From Candidatus Helarchaeota ASGARD archaeon Hel_GB_B (GTDB lineage Archaea; Asgardarchaeota; Lokiarchaeia; Helarchaeales; HEL-GB-B): DNA of 32,000 nucleotides. The notes below the pieces were generated by a model that was given only the letters and a program-made list of their open reading frames with translations, was not told the origin of the DNA and made no database searches. Both the position numbers and the translations under genes were made by a program. Position 1 is the first letter of the stretch. Each line of letters opens with the position of its first letter. Location: contig SUPR01000005.1 of NCBI GenBank assembly GCA_005191425.1, forward strand, positions 30,001 to 62,000. The letters are read 5' to 3'. This document shows positions 9,242 to 18,315 of this stretch, piece after piece.

Positions 9242-10159
9242 CTAATGCTTTGGAAATAATAAATCAACAAAATATTCAGCATTAAATGGGATTAAATCAT
9301 TATATGACTGACCTGTCCCTAAAAATATTATTGGTTTTTTAGTTGAATATATAACTGATACCGATGCTCCTCCTTTTATATCAGCATCTGCCATAGTTAA
9401 TATGGAACAATCAATACCTACTTTTTCATTAAAAATTTTTGCTTGCTGATATGCTGTATTGCCTGATAATAGGCTACCTACAAAAATTTTCAATGTCGGT
9501 TCTGATACTCTTATTATTTTCTCCAGTTCACGGATCAAATTTTGGTTTGTTTCCATCCTACCAGCTGTATCTATTAAGACAACATTAACATTTTTAGCTT
9601 CAGCATGGTCTATAGCATCAAATGCTACACTAGCGGCATCTGTTTTATAGTCATGTTTTATTAATTTTATACCAAGATTGTTTGCATGTTTTTGAAGTTG
9701 CTCAATTGCGCCAGCTCTAAAAGTATCACATGCTGCAAAAACTGATGAATAATTATTTTTTTGTAAGTAATATGCAATTTTAGCTATAGTAGTAGTTTTA
9801 CCTTGCCCATTGATACCTAAAAATAAAAGGACTGCTGGTATTCCTTCCCTCTTTTTTTCCTCACATAATTTTAATAAATCAATATTCACATTTTCAGCGG
9901 AATTTAAAATGTTTATGATGGACTGTCTTAAAATTTTTTGTGCATATGTTTTCTTTCTGGAAAATCTACTAACTTTTTCTCCCCCATAGTTCTCTTTTAT
10001 ATATTCACAAATTTCTTCTACAGCTTCAATAGCAATATCTAGTCCTACAAGTTCCATTTGAAATTTAGATAATTGCTTTTGTAAATTCTCATCTGTAATT
10101 GTTTTTGTAGAAATTTTATTCGCAAAATCTTTAAAAGAATTTTTCAATTTTTCAAACAT
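9242..10159 (-). CDS. ftsY: Signal recognition particle receptor FtsY
   Basis: GINGQGKTTTIAK (G1), DTFRAGAIEQL, DTAGR (G3), GTGQSYNDL. NG domain only. Confidence 0.97.
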   Translation of the reverse strand: MFEKLKNSFKDFANKISTKTITDENLQKQLSKFQMELVGLDIAIEAVEEICEYIKENYGGEKVSRFSRKKTYAQKILRQSIINILNSAENVNIDLLKLCEEKKREGIPAVLLFLGINGQGKTTTIAKIAYYLQKNNYSSVFAACDTFRAGAIEQLQKHANNLGIKLIKHDYKTDAASVAFDAIDHAEAKNVNVVLIDTAGRMETNQNLIRELEKIIRVSEPTLKIFVGSLLSGNTAYQQAKIFNEKVGIDCSILTMADADIKGGASVSVIYSTKKPIIFLGTGQSYNDLIPFNAEYFVDLLFPKH

Positions 10160-10237
10160 ATTTTATAATCCCTCAAATTTAAAAACTAAAAGAAACAAAA
10201 ATAGAAATCCAGAAATTAACAAAAAATCATAATATTG

Positions 10238-10708
10238 TTAACCTGAAGGAAATTGACCAGATGTTTGGCTTGATACTTCTCTTAATATATCTTCCTTCTT
10301 TTGCTGTAAATCTTGAATTTCACTTAATAGCCTTTGGTAATCTGCTTCAATCTGTTGTCTCGTATTATTTAACATTTCTATATTTTTGTCAATAAATTCA
10401 ACTGTTTCCTCAGGTGTTTTTATAATTGAAATATCTGCACCAACATTTACAATAAAACTACTGGGATCTTGAATTTTTGCTTTAAAATACATTATATTAC
10501 CAATGGGAATTAATATTTCATCATTTTCCTTGAGTTCCTTCATGCTTTCCACAGTATTTTTTGCAATCTCATAAGTTTCAATATTTGAATAAACTAACCC
10601 TAATTGATTTTGAATTATCGGTACCTGTTCTTCTAATTGTTTAAGTGCTACTATAACTCTTGTATATGCATCTTGTATATTTTCTGGATTACTTGGATTT
10701 TTATTCAA
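10238..10708 (-). CDS. pfdA: Prefoldin alpha subunit
   Basis: Coiled coil / beta hairpins (ILIPIGNIMYFKAKI..FIVNVGADISI) / coiled coil, in the conserved rplX-pfdA-ftsY order. TTG start. Confidence 0.93.
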   Translation of the reverse strand: MNKNPSNPENIQDAYTRVIVALKQLEEQVPIIQNQLGLVYSNIETYEIAKNTVESMKELKENDEILIPIGNIMYFKAKIQDPSSFIVNVGADISIIKTPEETVEFIDKNIEMLNNTRQQIEADYQRLLSEIQDLQQKKEDILREVSSQTSGQFPSG

Positions 10709-10892
10709 TCATATTCACTTCCTCAATTTTGATATTATATCTTTTTACTTTATGACGAGATCCAATCCTCGAATAAAGTTTATGAATTGCATAATTCTCT
10801 GATTGCGCTATTATTATCTGTTTAAAAGGATATTCCTTTCTCTCTTTTTTGTAAATTCCTATTATCTGAAATTTTTTAATGTCTTCTGGCAT
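10701..10892 (-). CDS. rplX: 50S ribosomal protein LX (eL20/L18Ae)
   Basis: MPEDIKKFQIIG...AIHKLYSRIGSRHKVKRYNIKIEEV carries the LX signature YSxxGSxHxxKR. The ATG at 10892 has GTGA upstream and is preferred over the track's 10949 start. Confidence 0.92.
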   Translation of the reverse strand: MPEDIKKFQIIGIYKKERKEYPFKQIIIAQSENYAIHKLYSRIGSRHKVKRYNIKIEEVNMIE

Positions 10893-11492
10893 AGAATCAC
10901 ATCTATTTTTCCATATTATCTTGAAATTATAATAATTATTATCAATCAAATGCTTTATTAATTGCTTTGTTTAATAAAAATATCCTAATAAAAATATTAT
11001 GTATTAATTTTTTATTTTAAAATTGGACTAACAATAAAAAATAAAGAATTAAAATTTTAGATACTAATAAGAATAAATAAATTATAAACTTTTTTACATT
11101 TAACAATCAAATAGAATGACATTCAAATTATCTCTATATTATTTAAAAAGTATAAATGTCTAATAATTAATAATGATTGTTCATTAATTTTTTTACTGAT
11201 AATTTCTAATAAACACAAATTTTTAATCTCAAATTTGGAATTTCATGAAATTATTGCGCATTATTTTTAACTAAAAAAATGAGTTTGATTTTTATTTTAA
11301 TTAATCAAGTAGTTTGTAGGTGGTTTTATAGGGACTTGAAATGTTATATTATTGTATTTAAAATTCTCATTTTGTTTTTTAGATAGATAAATAATTCGCG
11401 GTTTTAAAAAGCATTAATATTCTTAATTTACCTAAAATCTAATAAGTATATATAACGTTATTAAATAATACTAAAAGTTAAGAGGTTTAAAT

Positions 11493-11672
11493 ATGATTGA
11501 TAAATTTATTAGCGAACATTACATTAATAAGGAAATAGAAATCTATTTAGGAAAGAATGAAATATTAAGTGGCACAGTTGTCAGTTGTATTGACCAAGTA
11601 TTAACGTTATTAAAAGATGGAAAATATACGTTCGTGAGTATACATCACATTAAATGTCTATGGGAAAAATGA
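11493..11672 (+). CDS. Small Sm/Hfq-like fold protein (MM0924-like), 59 aa
   Basis: Manual translation MIDKFISEHYINKEIEIYLGKNEILSGTVVSCIDQVLTLLKDGKYTFVSIHHIKCLWEK. AGAGGT lies upstream and a T-tract downstream. Below the ORF track's length cutoff. Confidence 0.75.
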   Translation: MIDKFISEHYINKEIEIYLGKNEILSGTVVSCIDQVLTLLKDGKYTFVSIHHIKCLWEK

Positions 11673-11674
11673 AA

Positions 11675-11700
11675 CTTCTTTTTTTCTTTTATTTTTTTCA
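11675..11700 (+). terminator. Oligo-T archaeal terminator-like tract
   Basis: The tract cttctttttttctttttatttttttc follows immediately after the stop of the Sm-like gene. Confidence 0.55.
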
Positions 11701-11795
11701 GTCTATTTTTAATACATAATAATTAAATAAAACTTACTACATCCTTAACCTTAATTAAAAAAATCATAGGTCAGAAAATTCTAATATTCAATTTA

Positions 11796-13127
11796 TTGAA
11801 TAATAAATCAGTGATTCAAATGTTAAAAATAAAAGTACCTATAAATGAAACGAAATTTGAAAAATCATTTAATACTTTTAATAATACTTGGGCATATTTA
11901 ATTGAACAAATCGAAGCAAATTTGAATTATATATTTGAGAATGAGACTGAAGTTTTAACGAAATTCATTCAATTTATTATATCATATTGTCATCCAGAAT
12001 ATAGTGGTAAGAGTAAAATTGTATTTGCATCTGTTGGACGGAGCTTATTTATGGGAGCAAAGACAGCTGCGATGCGCTTATCGCAACTAGGATTTAATGT
12101 GGATTTCCCATATTCTAGCAAAGAAATTGCTGGCCCTGGAGGACCAGGTAGCAAAATAGAAGAAGGAGATGTAGTTATTGCCATAAGTACTTCTGGGAGT
12201 ACCCCTTATGTAGTAAATAAAGTTAATTATGCAAAAAATGCTGGTTGTTCGGTTGTAGCCGCGACAGCTAATGAAAGATCGTTATTGACTCAAGGAAATG
12301 TAGAGTTTATCTTAAAAATTCCTGGTGAACATAATAAGAAGAAAATTCTGTCTAATTATGATGAAGGTAGTGTATTTGCACCCATGGGTACAAGTTCAGA
12401 GTGTACCCAAATGGTATTCTGGGAAATTATTGGGACTGGACTAAATTTTTTAATTCAAAAAATAAAAAGTGGTAAAGAACTTCAGTTAAAAGATTTTCAA
12501 GATGCATTAACTAAAATAAGAGATACTTATAAAACTCTCTTATTTACCGCGAAACAACATTTGAAAAATTGTTCCGTAAATTACAATGATGAGATAAAAA
12601 TGTTTATTGCAAATATGATACTTTTTTATTATTCGAATCACACGGTTCATTTATTTGGAAGAGGAAAAATATTTAATGTTGTAATTACGCCATTTGAAAT
12701 GCGCCTTAGACAGATGCCTCATGGTTATGTGACTTCAATCTTGAAATATGCACCTAAAAACAGACCTATCAGACCAGGTCAAATTGCTATTTTAGTTTCA
12801 GGTTCAGGTGGAATAGCTACAACTGCCAAAAAAGTAAAAGAATTGAGTGAAAATGGCTGTATGATCATGGCAGTTTCATCAGCGCCCTTAGAACATGAAT
12901 TTTGGGCTAATATAGACAACAAAATTAGACTTGAAGGTCGACAAAATTTTCGTGAAGGAAGCTGGGAAAAACAGCAATGGGAGGGATTACACGCCGATTT
13001 TGCTCCTGAAGGATTTCAATTTGAATTTAATAGTTGCGTACTTTTTGAGTCAATTTATGGTGCAATATGTAATTACATTGGAATTAGCGAGAATGATTTA
13101 AAAAAAGGGCATGCAAATTACGAATAA
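11796..13127 (+). CDS. Tandem double-SIS protein, 6-phospho-3-hexuloisomerase (HxlB/PHI)-like (likely start ATG 11820)
   Basis: Two PHI-like repeats. Repeat 1: SVGRSLFMGAKTAAMRL...ISTSGST...APMGTSSE. Repeat 2: FGRGKIFNVVITPFEMRL...VSGSGG...APEGFQFE. The protein ends in the PHI-type HANYE. GTGA precedes the ATG at 11820. Confidence 0.8.
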   Translation: MNNKSVIQMLKIKVPINETKFEKSFNTFNNTWAYLIEQIEANLNYIFENETEVLTKFIQFIISYCHPEYSGKSKIVFASVGRSLFMGAKTAAMRLSQLGFNVDFPYSSKEIAGPGGPGSKIEEGDVVIAISTSGSTPYVVNKVNYAKNAGCSVVAATANERSLLTQGNVEFILKIPGEHNKKKILSNYDEGSVFAPMGTSSECTQMVFWEIIGTGLNFLIQKIKSGKELQLKDFQDALTKIRDTYKTLLFTAKQHLKNCSVNYNDEIKMFIANMILFYYSNHTVHLFGRGKIFNVVITPFEMRLRQMPHGYVTSILKYAPKNRPIRPGQIAILVSGSGGIATTAKKVKELSENGCMIMAVSSAPLEHEFWANIDNKIRLEGRQNFREGSWEKQQWEGLHADFAPEGFQFEFNSCVLFESIYGAICNYIGISENDLKKGHANYE

Positions 13128-13142
13128 TTTTTTGTATTAATA

Positions 13143-13298
13143 TTATTCTTTATCTAACCATTTTGGCTTTTTCCAATTCTTATTATACATACCCATAGGA
13201 TCCCATTGAGCCCATCCACAATATGGACAAAAGTCCGGATCATTTCTTGTTTTCAATTTCTGTTCGTATTCTTTTCCACATTTTTTACATTTAATCAT
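13143..13298 (-). CDS. Small Zn-ribbon/rubredoxin-like protein, 51 aa
   Basis: Manual translation MIKCKKCGKEYEQKLKTRNDPDFCPYCGWAQWDPMGMYNKNWKKPKWLDKE (CxxCG-x15-CPxCG). Not in the ORF track. Confidence 0.75.
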   Translation of the reverse strand: MIKCKKCGKEYEQKLKTRNDPDFCPYCGWAQWDPMGMYNKNWKKPKWLDKE

Positions 13299-13372
13299 AA
13301 AACTCAACTTAGTCCTTAATTTAGATCTTCTTATGAAAAATAAAAAAATTACAGTTTTTAAAAGTTAGCTGT

Positions 13373-13846
13373 CTATTCTGTATATTCATCAAATAACCAA
13401 TAATGTTCCTCTTCTTCCATATAAATATCTTCAAATAACTTTTTAGTAGTAATATCTCCTCTTTTTTCAGCATATTTAATTATTGTTCTATAATATTCCA
13501 TAGCCCCTCGTTCTGCTTCTAAATTATTTTTAAGAAAATCATCATAATTATCTCCGATTTTTGGAGGTGCTGATTTTGTTGTAGGTCGTCCACCAAGTAC
13601 AGCTATTCTCTCCGCAATTTTCTCAGCGTGGTCCATTTCTTGAATTGCTATTTCTTTTAACTTTGCGGATAATACTTCATATTTATTTTTACCCGTAATA
13701 ATTTGAAGTGGGCTTGCTTTTTTCCTCATTTTTAGCATTTCTGACTTTGAATGTTGCGCCATGTATTGAATAATTGCTTGAATCTCCATATTAAGGGCAT
13801 TATTTAAATTCTCAAAATATTCATCATCTACTTTAATTGGTTTCAT
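13373..13846 (-). CDS. Ferritin-like di-iron protein (bacterioferritin/rubrerythrin-like four-helix bundle)
   Basis: Ferroxidase pattern E(IQAIIQY)...EMDH...E(RGAMEYY)...EEEH. Confidence 0.88.
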   Translation of the reverse strand: MKPIKVDDEYFENLNNALNMEIQAIIQYMAQHSKSEMLKMRKKASPLQIITGKNKYEVLSAKLKEIAIQEMDHAEKIAERIAVLGGRPTTKSAPPKIGDNYDDFLKNNLEAERGAMEYYRTIIKYAEKRGDITTKKLFEDIYMEEEEHYWLFDEYTE

Positions 13847-13863
13847 AAATATCCACCCATATT

Positions 13864-14328
13864 TTATTTTAAGTACTCCTTAAATTTTATTAAATGGTCT
13901 TCTTCTTCTTTAAAAATCTCCATAAAAAGTCTTCTTGTTGAATAATCACCTTCTTCAGCAGTTGCTTTTAGCATTTTACGATATAATTCCAAGGCTTCTT
14001 TCTCTGCTTTAATGCCTAATTTTAGAAAGTCTTCTATACTATTTCCCACATTAATTGGATCGTTTTTTGTTGTAGCTTCACTTCCAAGCAAATAAATCCG
14101 TTCCATAATACTTTCAGCATGTTTCATTTCTACAATTGCAATTTTCTCAAACATTTTTGCTAAAATATCAAAAGTAGTATCTTCCATTAAAATATTTTCT
14201 GGAATAATACATTTTTTCATTGCTTCTATCTTAGAATGCTGGATCATATATTGAATAGATACCTATAGTTCTCTTGACACTGCTTTATTTAAAAGCTCAA
14301 TATAAGAATTCGATACTTTTAATTCCAT
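13864..14328 (-). pseudogene. Second ferritin-like gene with an in-frame TAG at codon 22 (pseudogene, readthrough or sequence error)
   Basis: From ATG 14328: MELKVSNSYIELLNKAVSREL*VSIQYMIQHSKIE..., collinear with the paralog (NALNMEIQAIIQYMAQHSK). The TAG at 14263-14265 sits at the Gln position. EMKH and EEDH motifs are intact. Confidence 0.8.
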
Positions 14329-14859
14329 TTTATCAGATCGTTTTAATTTTTAATCTTTTTTTTATCCTTTTTTACTTAAATATTCTATTTTCTTTAAATA
14401 AATATCCTAAGAATTTGCTACTATTTACTAGTATTATTTGGGCAATTTCTTTATTATATTTTTTCTTTTTCTATAATTCATTGTTTATACATTAAGTTAA
14501 TAACAGAAACTATGTGTTTATATATTTTAGGAAATAGTATATCCCTAAACATCTCATATTTTTTCTTCTTATATAAAATGTGCAAAAAAATAGACCGAAA
14601 AAATGATTTTTAATAAAAAAATGGCATATGTTAGTTTTTTCCTCTTAAATTAACTTTTTCATTATTCAAGTTAGAAATTCCTATAAATTTATATAAAAAA
14701 ATTTTTACATAAAAAGCCAAATCAATGAACTTTTTAGCAAATCTACAAAGAATATATAAAATAACATGAAAATAATATGTTACATCAACTGATATACTAA
14801 TTTTTATAAAAATAATAATAAATAAATAAAATAAAAAATCAAAAAAGGATATATATTAA

Positions 14860-15276
14860 ATGTCTGATAGTGAAGGTAAAGGCGGAAGTTGGCTTTACAG
14901 GATTATTTTAATTTTATCTGGTGGATTAATTTTAATTACTGGAATATTGAATTTTATTGGATTTAACCCATTAACTCCTTATCTTCCAGCAGAATATCAA
15001 TACTTAGCGAATGTAACTGGATATACAAATATTACTATTGGCTTTTGAGGTCTAATTGCTGGTGTTGGCTTAATAAAAGACCAAGAATGGGGTTGGGGCA
15101 TTTCGCTTGTAGTTCTTTCAATAGTTATTGTTTCATTTACAACTGAAGTTATAATAAGTTCTTTTAATTTTGCTGTGGTAATGTATGATCCTAATTACTG
15201 GATAAAATTAGTTGCTTTAATTATAGCAACCATTGGTATTGTGTATTTACTAGCTACAAAGAAGAGATATAAATAA
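14860..15276 (+). pseudogene. ~4-TM membrane protein gene (138 codons) interrupted by an in-frame TGA at codon 63
   Basis: The track ORF stops at TGA 15046-15048, but the frame continues GLIAGVGLIKDQEWGWGISLVVLSIVIV...LLATKKRYK to TAA at 15274-15276 with continuous membrane-protein character. Confidence 0.75.
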
Positions 15277-15630
15277 ATTTTTATCACTCATATCTTCTCT
15301 TCTATATTTTTTTTATAATTTTACTAATTTAGATATAGACATCACAAATTTTAAGAGATTGAATTTTTTATATGACACTTTTTAATTTGGATCAAATATC
15401 TACGAGCATTTAATTAGAAAATTTTTATCTTGAAAATCCCATATGGTCAATTGCAGGGATTTTTAGAAAAATTTAATGGAAATAAATGATATTTTAATTT
15501 ATGAAATAATGTTATGTTAATAGTAAGATATAGAATAAAGATATTAAAATGACATATAATATGGATTCTTATTATGCATTAAATTCAAAATCATTTTCAT
15601 TATTTATAATAGTTTCATTAATTCAAGAGT

Positions 15631-16479
15631 TTATTCAAGAAAAAATGGGTTTAAATATTGTAAAATATTTTCAGTTAAAGGTCCTAATAAAGCATCTTGA
15701 TCAGAAACTATATAATAAAAATATGGGATTTTTAAGTCATTGCGAGGAATATCTTGTTTAATAGGGACTTGCATAGCTGAATTTATCACAGAAACTAAGA
15801 CTGGGTCTTTATTAGGTATCCAAATTGGTTTATACTGACATTCCCATTCCTTTATTTTCGTTATTAAACCCATATTATTTAGATATTGTTCTAAATCTTC
15901 TTTTTCAATTAAATGCGTGTATAGTATTGTATTATCAAAAGAACATATCGCGAGACCGAAAATTTTTTCATGAGAAAATTTCTTAATAATCAATTTATTA
16001 ATTATTTTTTCAATTTTTTTTCTTTTTTTATTTATATATTCTTTTGCTACTTTATCAAATAATACGTTTTCAATAAAAGTTTCCTCTTCCAGACTAAACT
16101 CGATTTTTGCACCAGCTTCTATTTTATTTAGATATTTTTTTATGATAAAATTATAAATCCAATCGAGTTTAAGTTCAAAATAGTTTTTAAAAATATATGG
16201 TTCAAGAAATACTATAAATACAATGTCTTCTCTTAATGAAATCAATGCATCAATTCCATATTGATTAATGTTCTCATCTGGGTTCTCTTTCTCGGGATAA
16301 AATCTAATAAATCCAATTTTATTTTGAAGACTTTTAGCAAAGGACAATATTGCAGTCATAAATCCGGCTTGTAGTGTCTGATCTTCAGATTCAAACCCTT
16401 TTAACTTCTTTTCAGACCAATTTTTATTATAAATTGGAATACCTGCTTTTGTCTGAATTCTTAAACCAAGAGTACCCAT
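15631..16479 (-). CDS. Longin-like domain protein with a possible roadblock/profilin-like C-terminal domain
   Basis: N-terminal GLRIQTKAGIPIYNKNW...DQTLQAGFMTAILSFAKSL is a longin pattern. The second domain starts KIFGLAICSFDNTILYT. Confidence 0.65.
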   Translation of the reverse strand: MGTLGLRIQTKAGIPIYNKNWSEKKLKGFESEDQTLQAGFMTAILSFAKSLQNKIGFIRFYPEKENPDENINQYGIDALISLREDIVFIVFLEPYIFKNYFELKLDWIYNFIIKKYLNKIEAGAKIEFSLEEETFIENVLFDKVAKEYINKKRKKIEKIINKLIIKKFSHEKIFGLAICSFDNTILYTHLIEKEDLEQYLNNMGLITKIKEWECQYKPIWIPNKDPVLVSVINSAMQVPIKQDIPRNDLKIPYFYYIVSDQDALLGPLTENILQYLNPFFLE

Positions 16480-16598
16480 TATATGAATTAATATAACTCT
16501 GATTAATAATTATTTTGAAATAGAGTAAATAATTAAATTAATTAAATAAAAAAGATTTTTAATTAACTATTGACATAAATACTAAGAAGTGTGATTAA

Positions 16599-18305
16599 AT
16601 GGAGCTAGAGGAAAATATCCAAAAATTGATCGAAAAAGCTGATTTAACTCGAAGCGAAATTATGGAACTAATCAACAAAAAAAAGAAAGAATTTGATGGA
16701 CTAATGACTGATGAAGGAGCTTTACAATTAATTGCAGAGGAACTAGATATTAGTCTTGATAAGAAATTAAAGCCACCTAGAAGGCCAATAACTTTAATAC
16801 AAGATATAACCCCTCAAAAAACTCTGGTAAATTTAGTAGGAAGAGTTCAAAAGATTTATGATGTAAAAACATTTACTCGAAAAAAAACTAACACTGAAGG
16901 AAAAGTAGGTAGTTTCATTATTGAAGATAAAACAGGACAAATAAGGGTCGTTTTATGGGACAGGCAAACTGAAATTATAGAAACTCATCAAATAGAAGAA
17001 GATATGCCTATCTATATTGAAAATGGAACAGTAAAAAGTGGGCAAAATGGACTTGAAATTCATGTAGGTCGTAGAACTAAAATTGATAACCCACCTCAAT
17101 CTCTTTTAGAAAATATTCCAGAAAAAATAGAGATTTATCAAATCAAAAATCTTCAACCTGGGATGAAAGGTATAAATGTTCACGGCACAATTAATTGGAT
17201 GGGTGAAATTAAAGAATTTAAAAGAAGTGACGGCTCTATTGGTCAGGTCATCCCAGTTATTATAAGAGACGAGACAGGTTCAATAAAATGTAGTGCTTGG
17301 GATATGAAAGCAGAGGACATTATGAAATATAAAGTGGGCGATTCCATTAGATTAGATAATGTTTCTGTTAAAAAGAATAATATGGGTAATTTGGAAATTA
17401 ATACAAATATTGATACTATTATTAATAAGGAAATTAAATTAATTATTTCTAAAAATAATATGGGGACTGAGTTTAAAATTGACCAACTCAATCCAAAAAG
17501 TAAAAATGTCAATATTAAATTTAAAGTTGTACAATTAAATGATTCCCGTCAAATAATTTCTAAAAACGGCAACGAATTTAAAATTGCAGATTTTCTAATT
17601 GCAGACGAAACAGGGTGTATTAATCTTACGGCATGGAATGAGGACATAGAAAAAATCCATGTCGGAAAAGTATATCAAATTATTAATGGTTATATAAATG
17701 AATTTAGAGGCTCTATAAGTTTAAATATAGGTAAATTTGGTGAAATTAAAGAACTGGACGAGGAAATTAATGATATCAACTTAGAAAATAATATTTCTAA
17801 TGTTATATATAATTCCTTGGAAAATAGAAAATTTATTAAGGATGTAAAAGATAAAGAATTCGTTCAAATTCGGGGTGCGATAGTAAAGGTTTTTAAAAAG
17901 AAACCGATATATGAAGCATGCCCTAATTGTATGAAAAAGGTTGTCAAAATTGAAGATAAATGGGAATGTCCAAATTGTGGGATAATTGATAATATAATCT
18001 ATCGAATGATTTGGTCTTTTGTCTTGGACGATGGAACCAGTAATATAAGAGTTACTGTCGGCGGAAAATTAGCTGAAGATTTATTAGGGTTTGATGCAAT
18101 TGCCGCTCAAGAAATAATTGAGCATGAGTGGTATGACGAAGCACCTTTAAAGATCAAAGAAAATGAATTACTGGGAAAAGAAATAATCATTATAGGTACC
18201 ATTAGACGCAGTGATTTCACAGGAGACCTTGAGATATTTGCTTCTAAAGTAGAAAATGCCGATCCATTAAAAGAAGCTGATATAATTTTTAATCAAATAC
18301 AATAA
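16599..18305 (+). CDS. rpa: Replication protein A large subunit (multi-OB fold with Zn finger)
   Basis: Repeated OB motifs DKTGQIRVVLWD, DETGSIKCSAWD, DETGCINLTAWN and DDGTSNIRVT, with a CPNC-x13-CPNC Zn finger in the last OB fold. Confidence 0.92.
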   Translation: MELEENIQKLIEKADLTRSEIMELINKKKKEFDGLMTDEGALQLIAEELDISLDKKLKPPRRPITLIQDITPQKTLVNLVGRVQKIYDVKTFTRKKTNTEGKVGSFIIEDKTGQIRVVLWDRQTEIIETHQIEEDMPIYIENGTVKSGQNGLEIHVGRRTKIDNPPQSLLENIPEKIEIYQIKNLQPGMKGINVHGTINWMGEIKEFKRSDGSIGQVIPVIIRDETGSIKCSAWDMKAEDIMKYKVGDSIRLDNVSVKKNNMGNLEINTNIDTIINKEIKLIISKNNMGTEFKIDQLNPKSKNVNIKFKVVQLNDSRQIISKNGNEFKIADFLIADETGCINLTAWNEDIEKIHVGKVYQIINGYINEFRGSISLNIGKFGEIKELDEEINDINLENNISNVIYNSLENRKFIKDVKDKEFVQIRGAIVKVFKKKPIYEACPNCMKKVVKIEDKWECPNCGIIDNIIYRMIWSFVLDDGTSNIRVTVGGKLAEDLLGFDAIAAQEIIEHEWYDEAPLKIKENELLGKEIIIIGTIRRSDFTGDLEIFASKVENADPLKEADIIFNQIQ

Positions 18306-18315
18306 TTTTTTAGTT

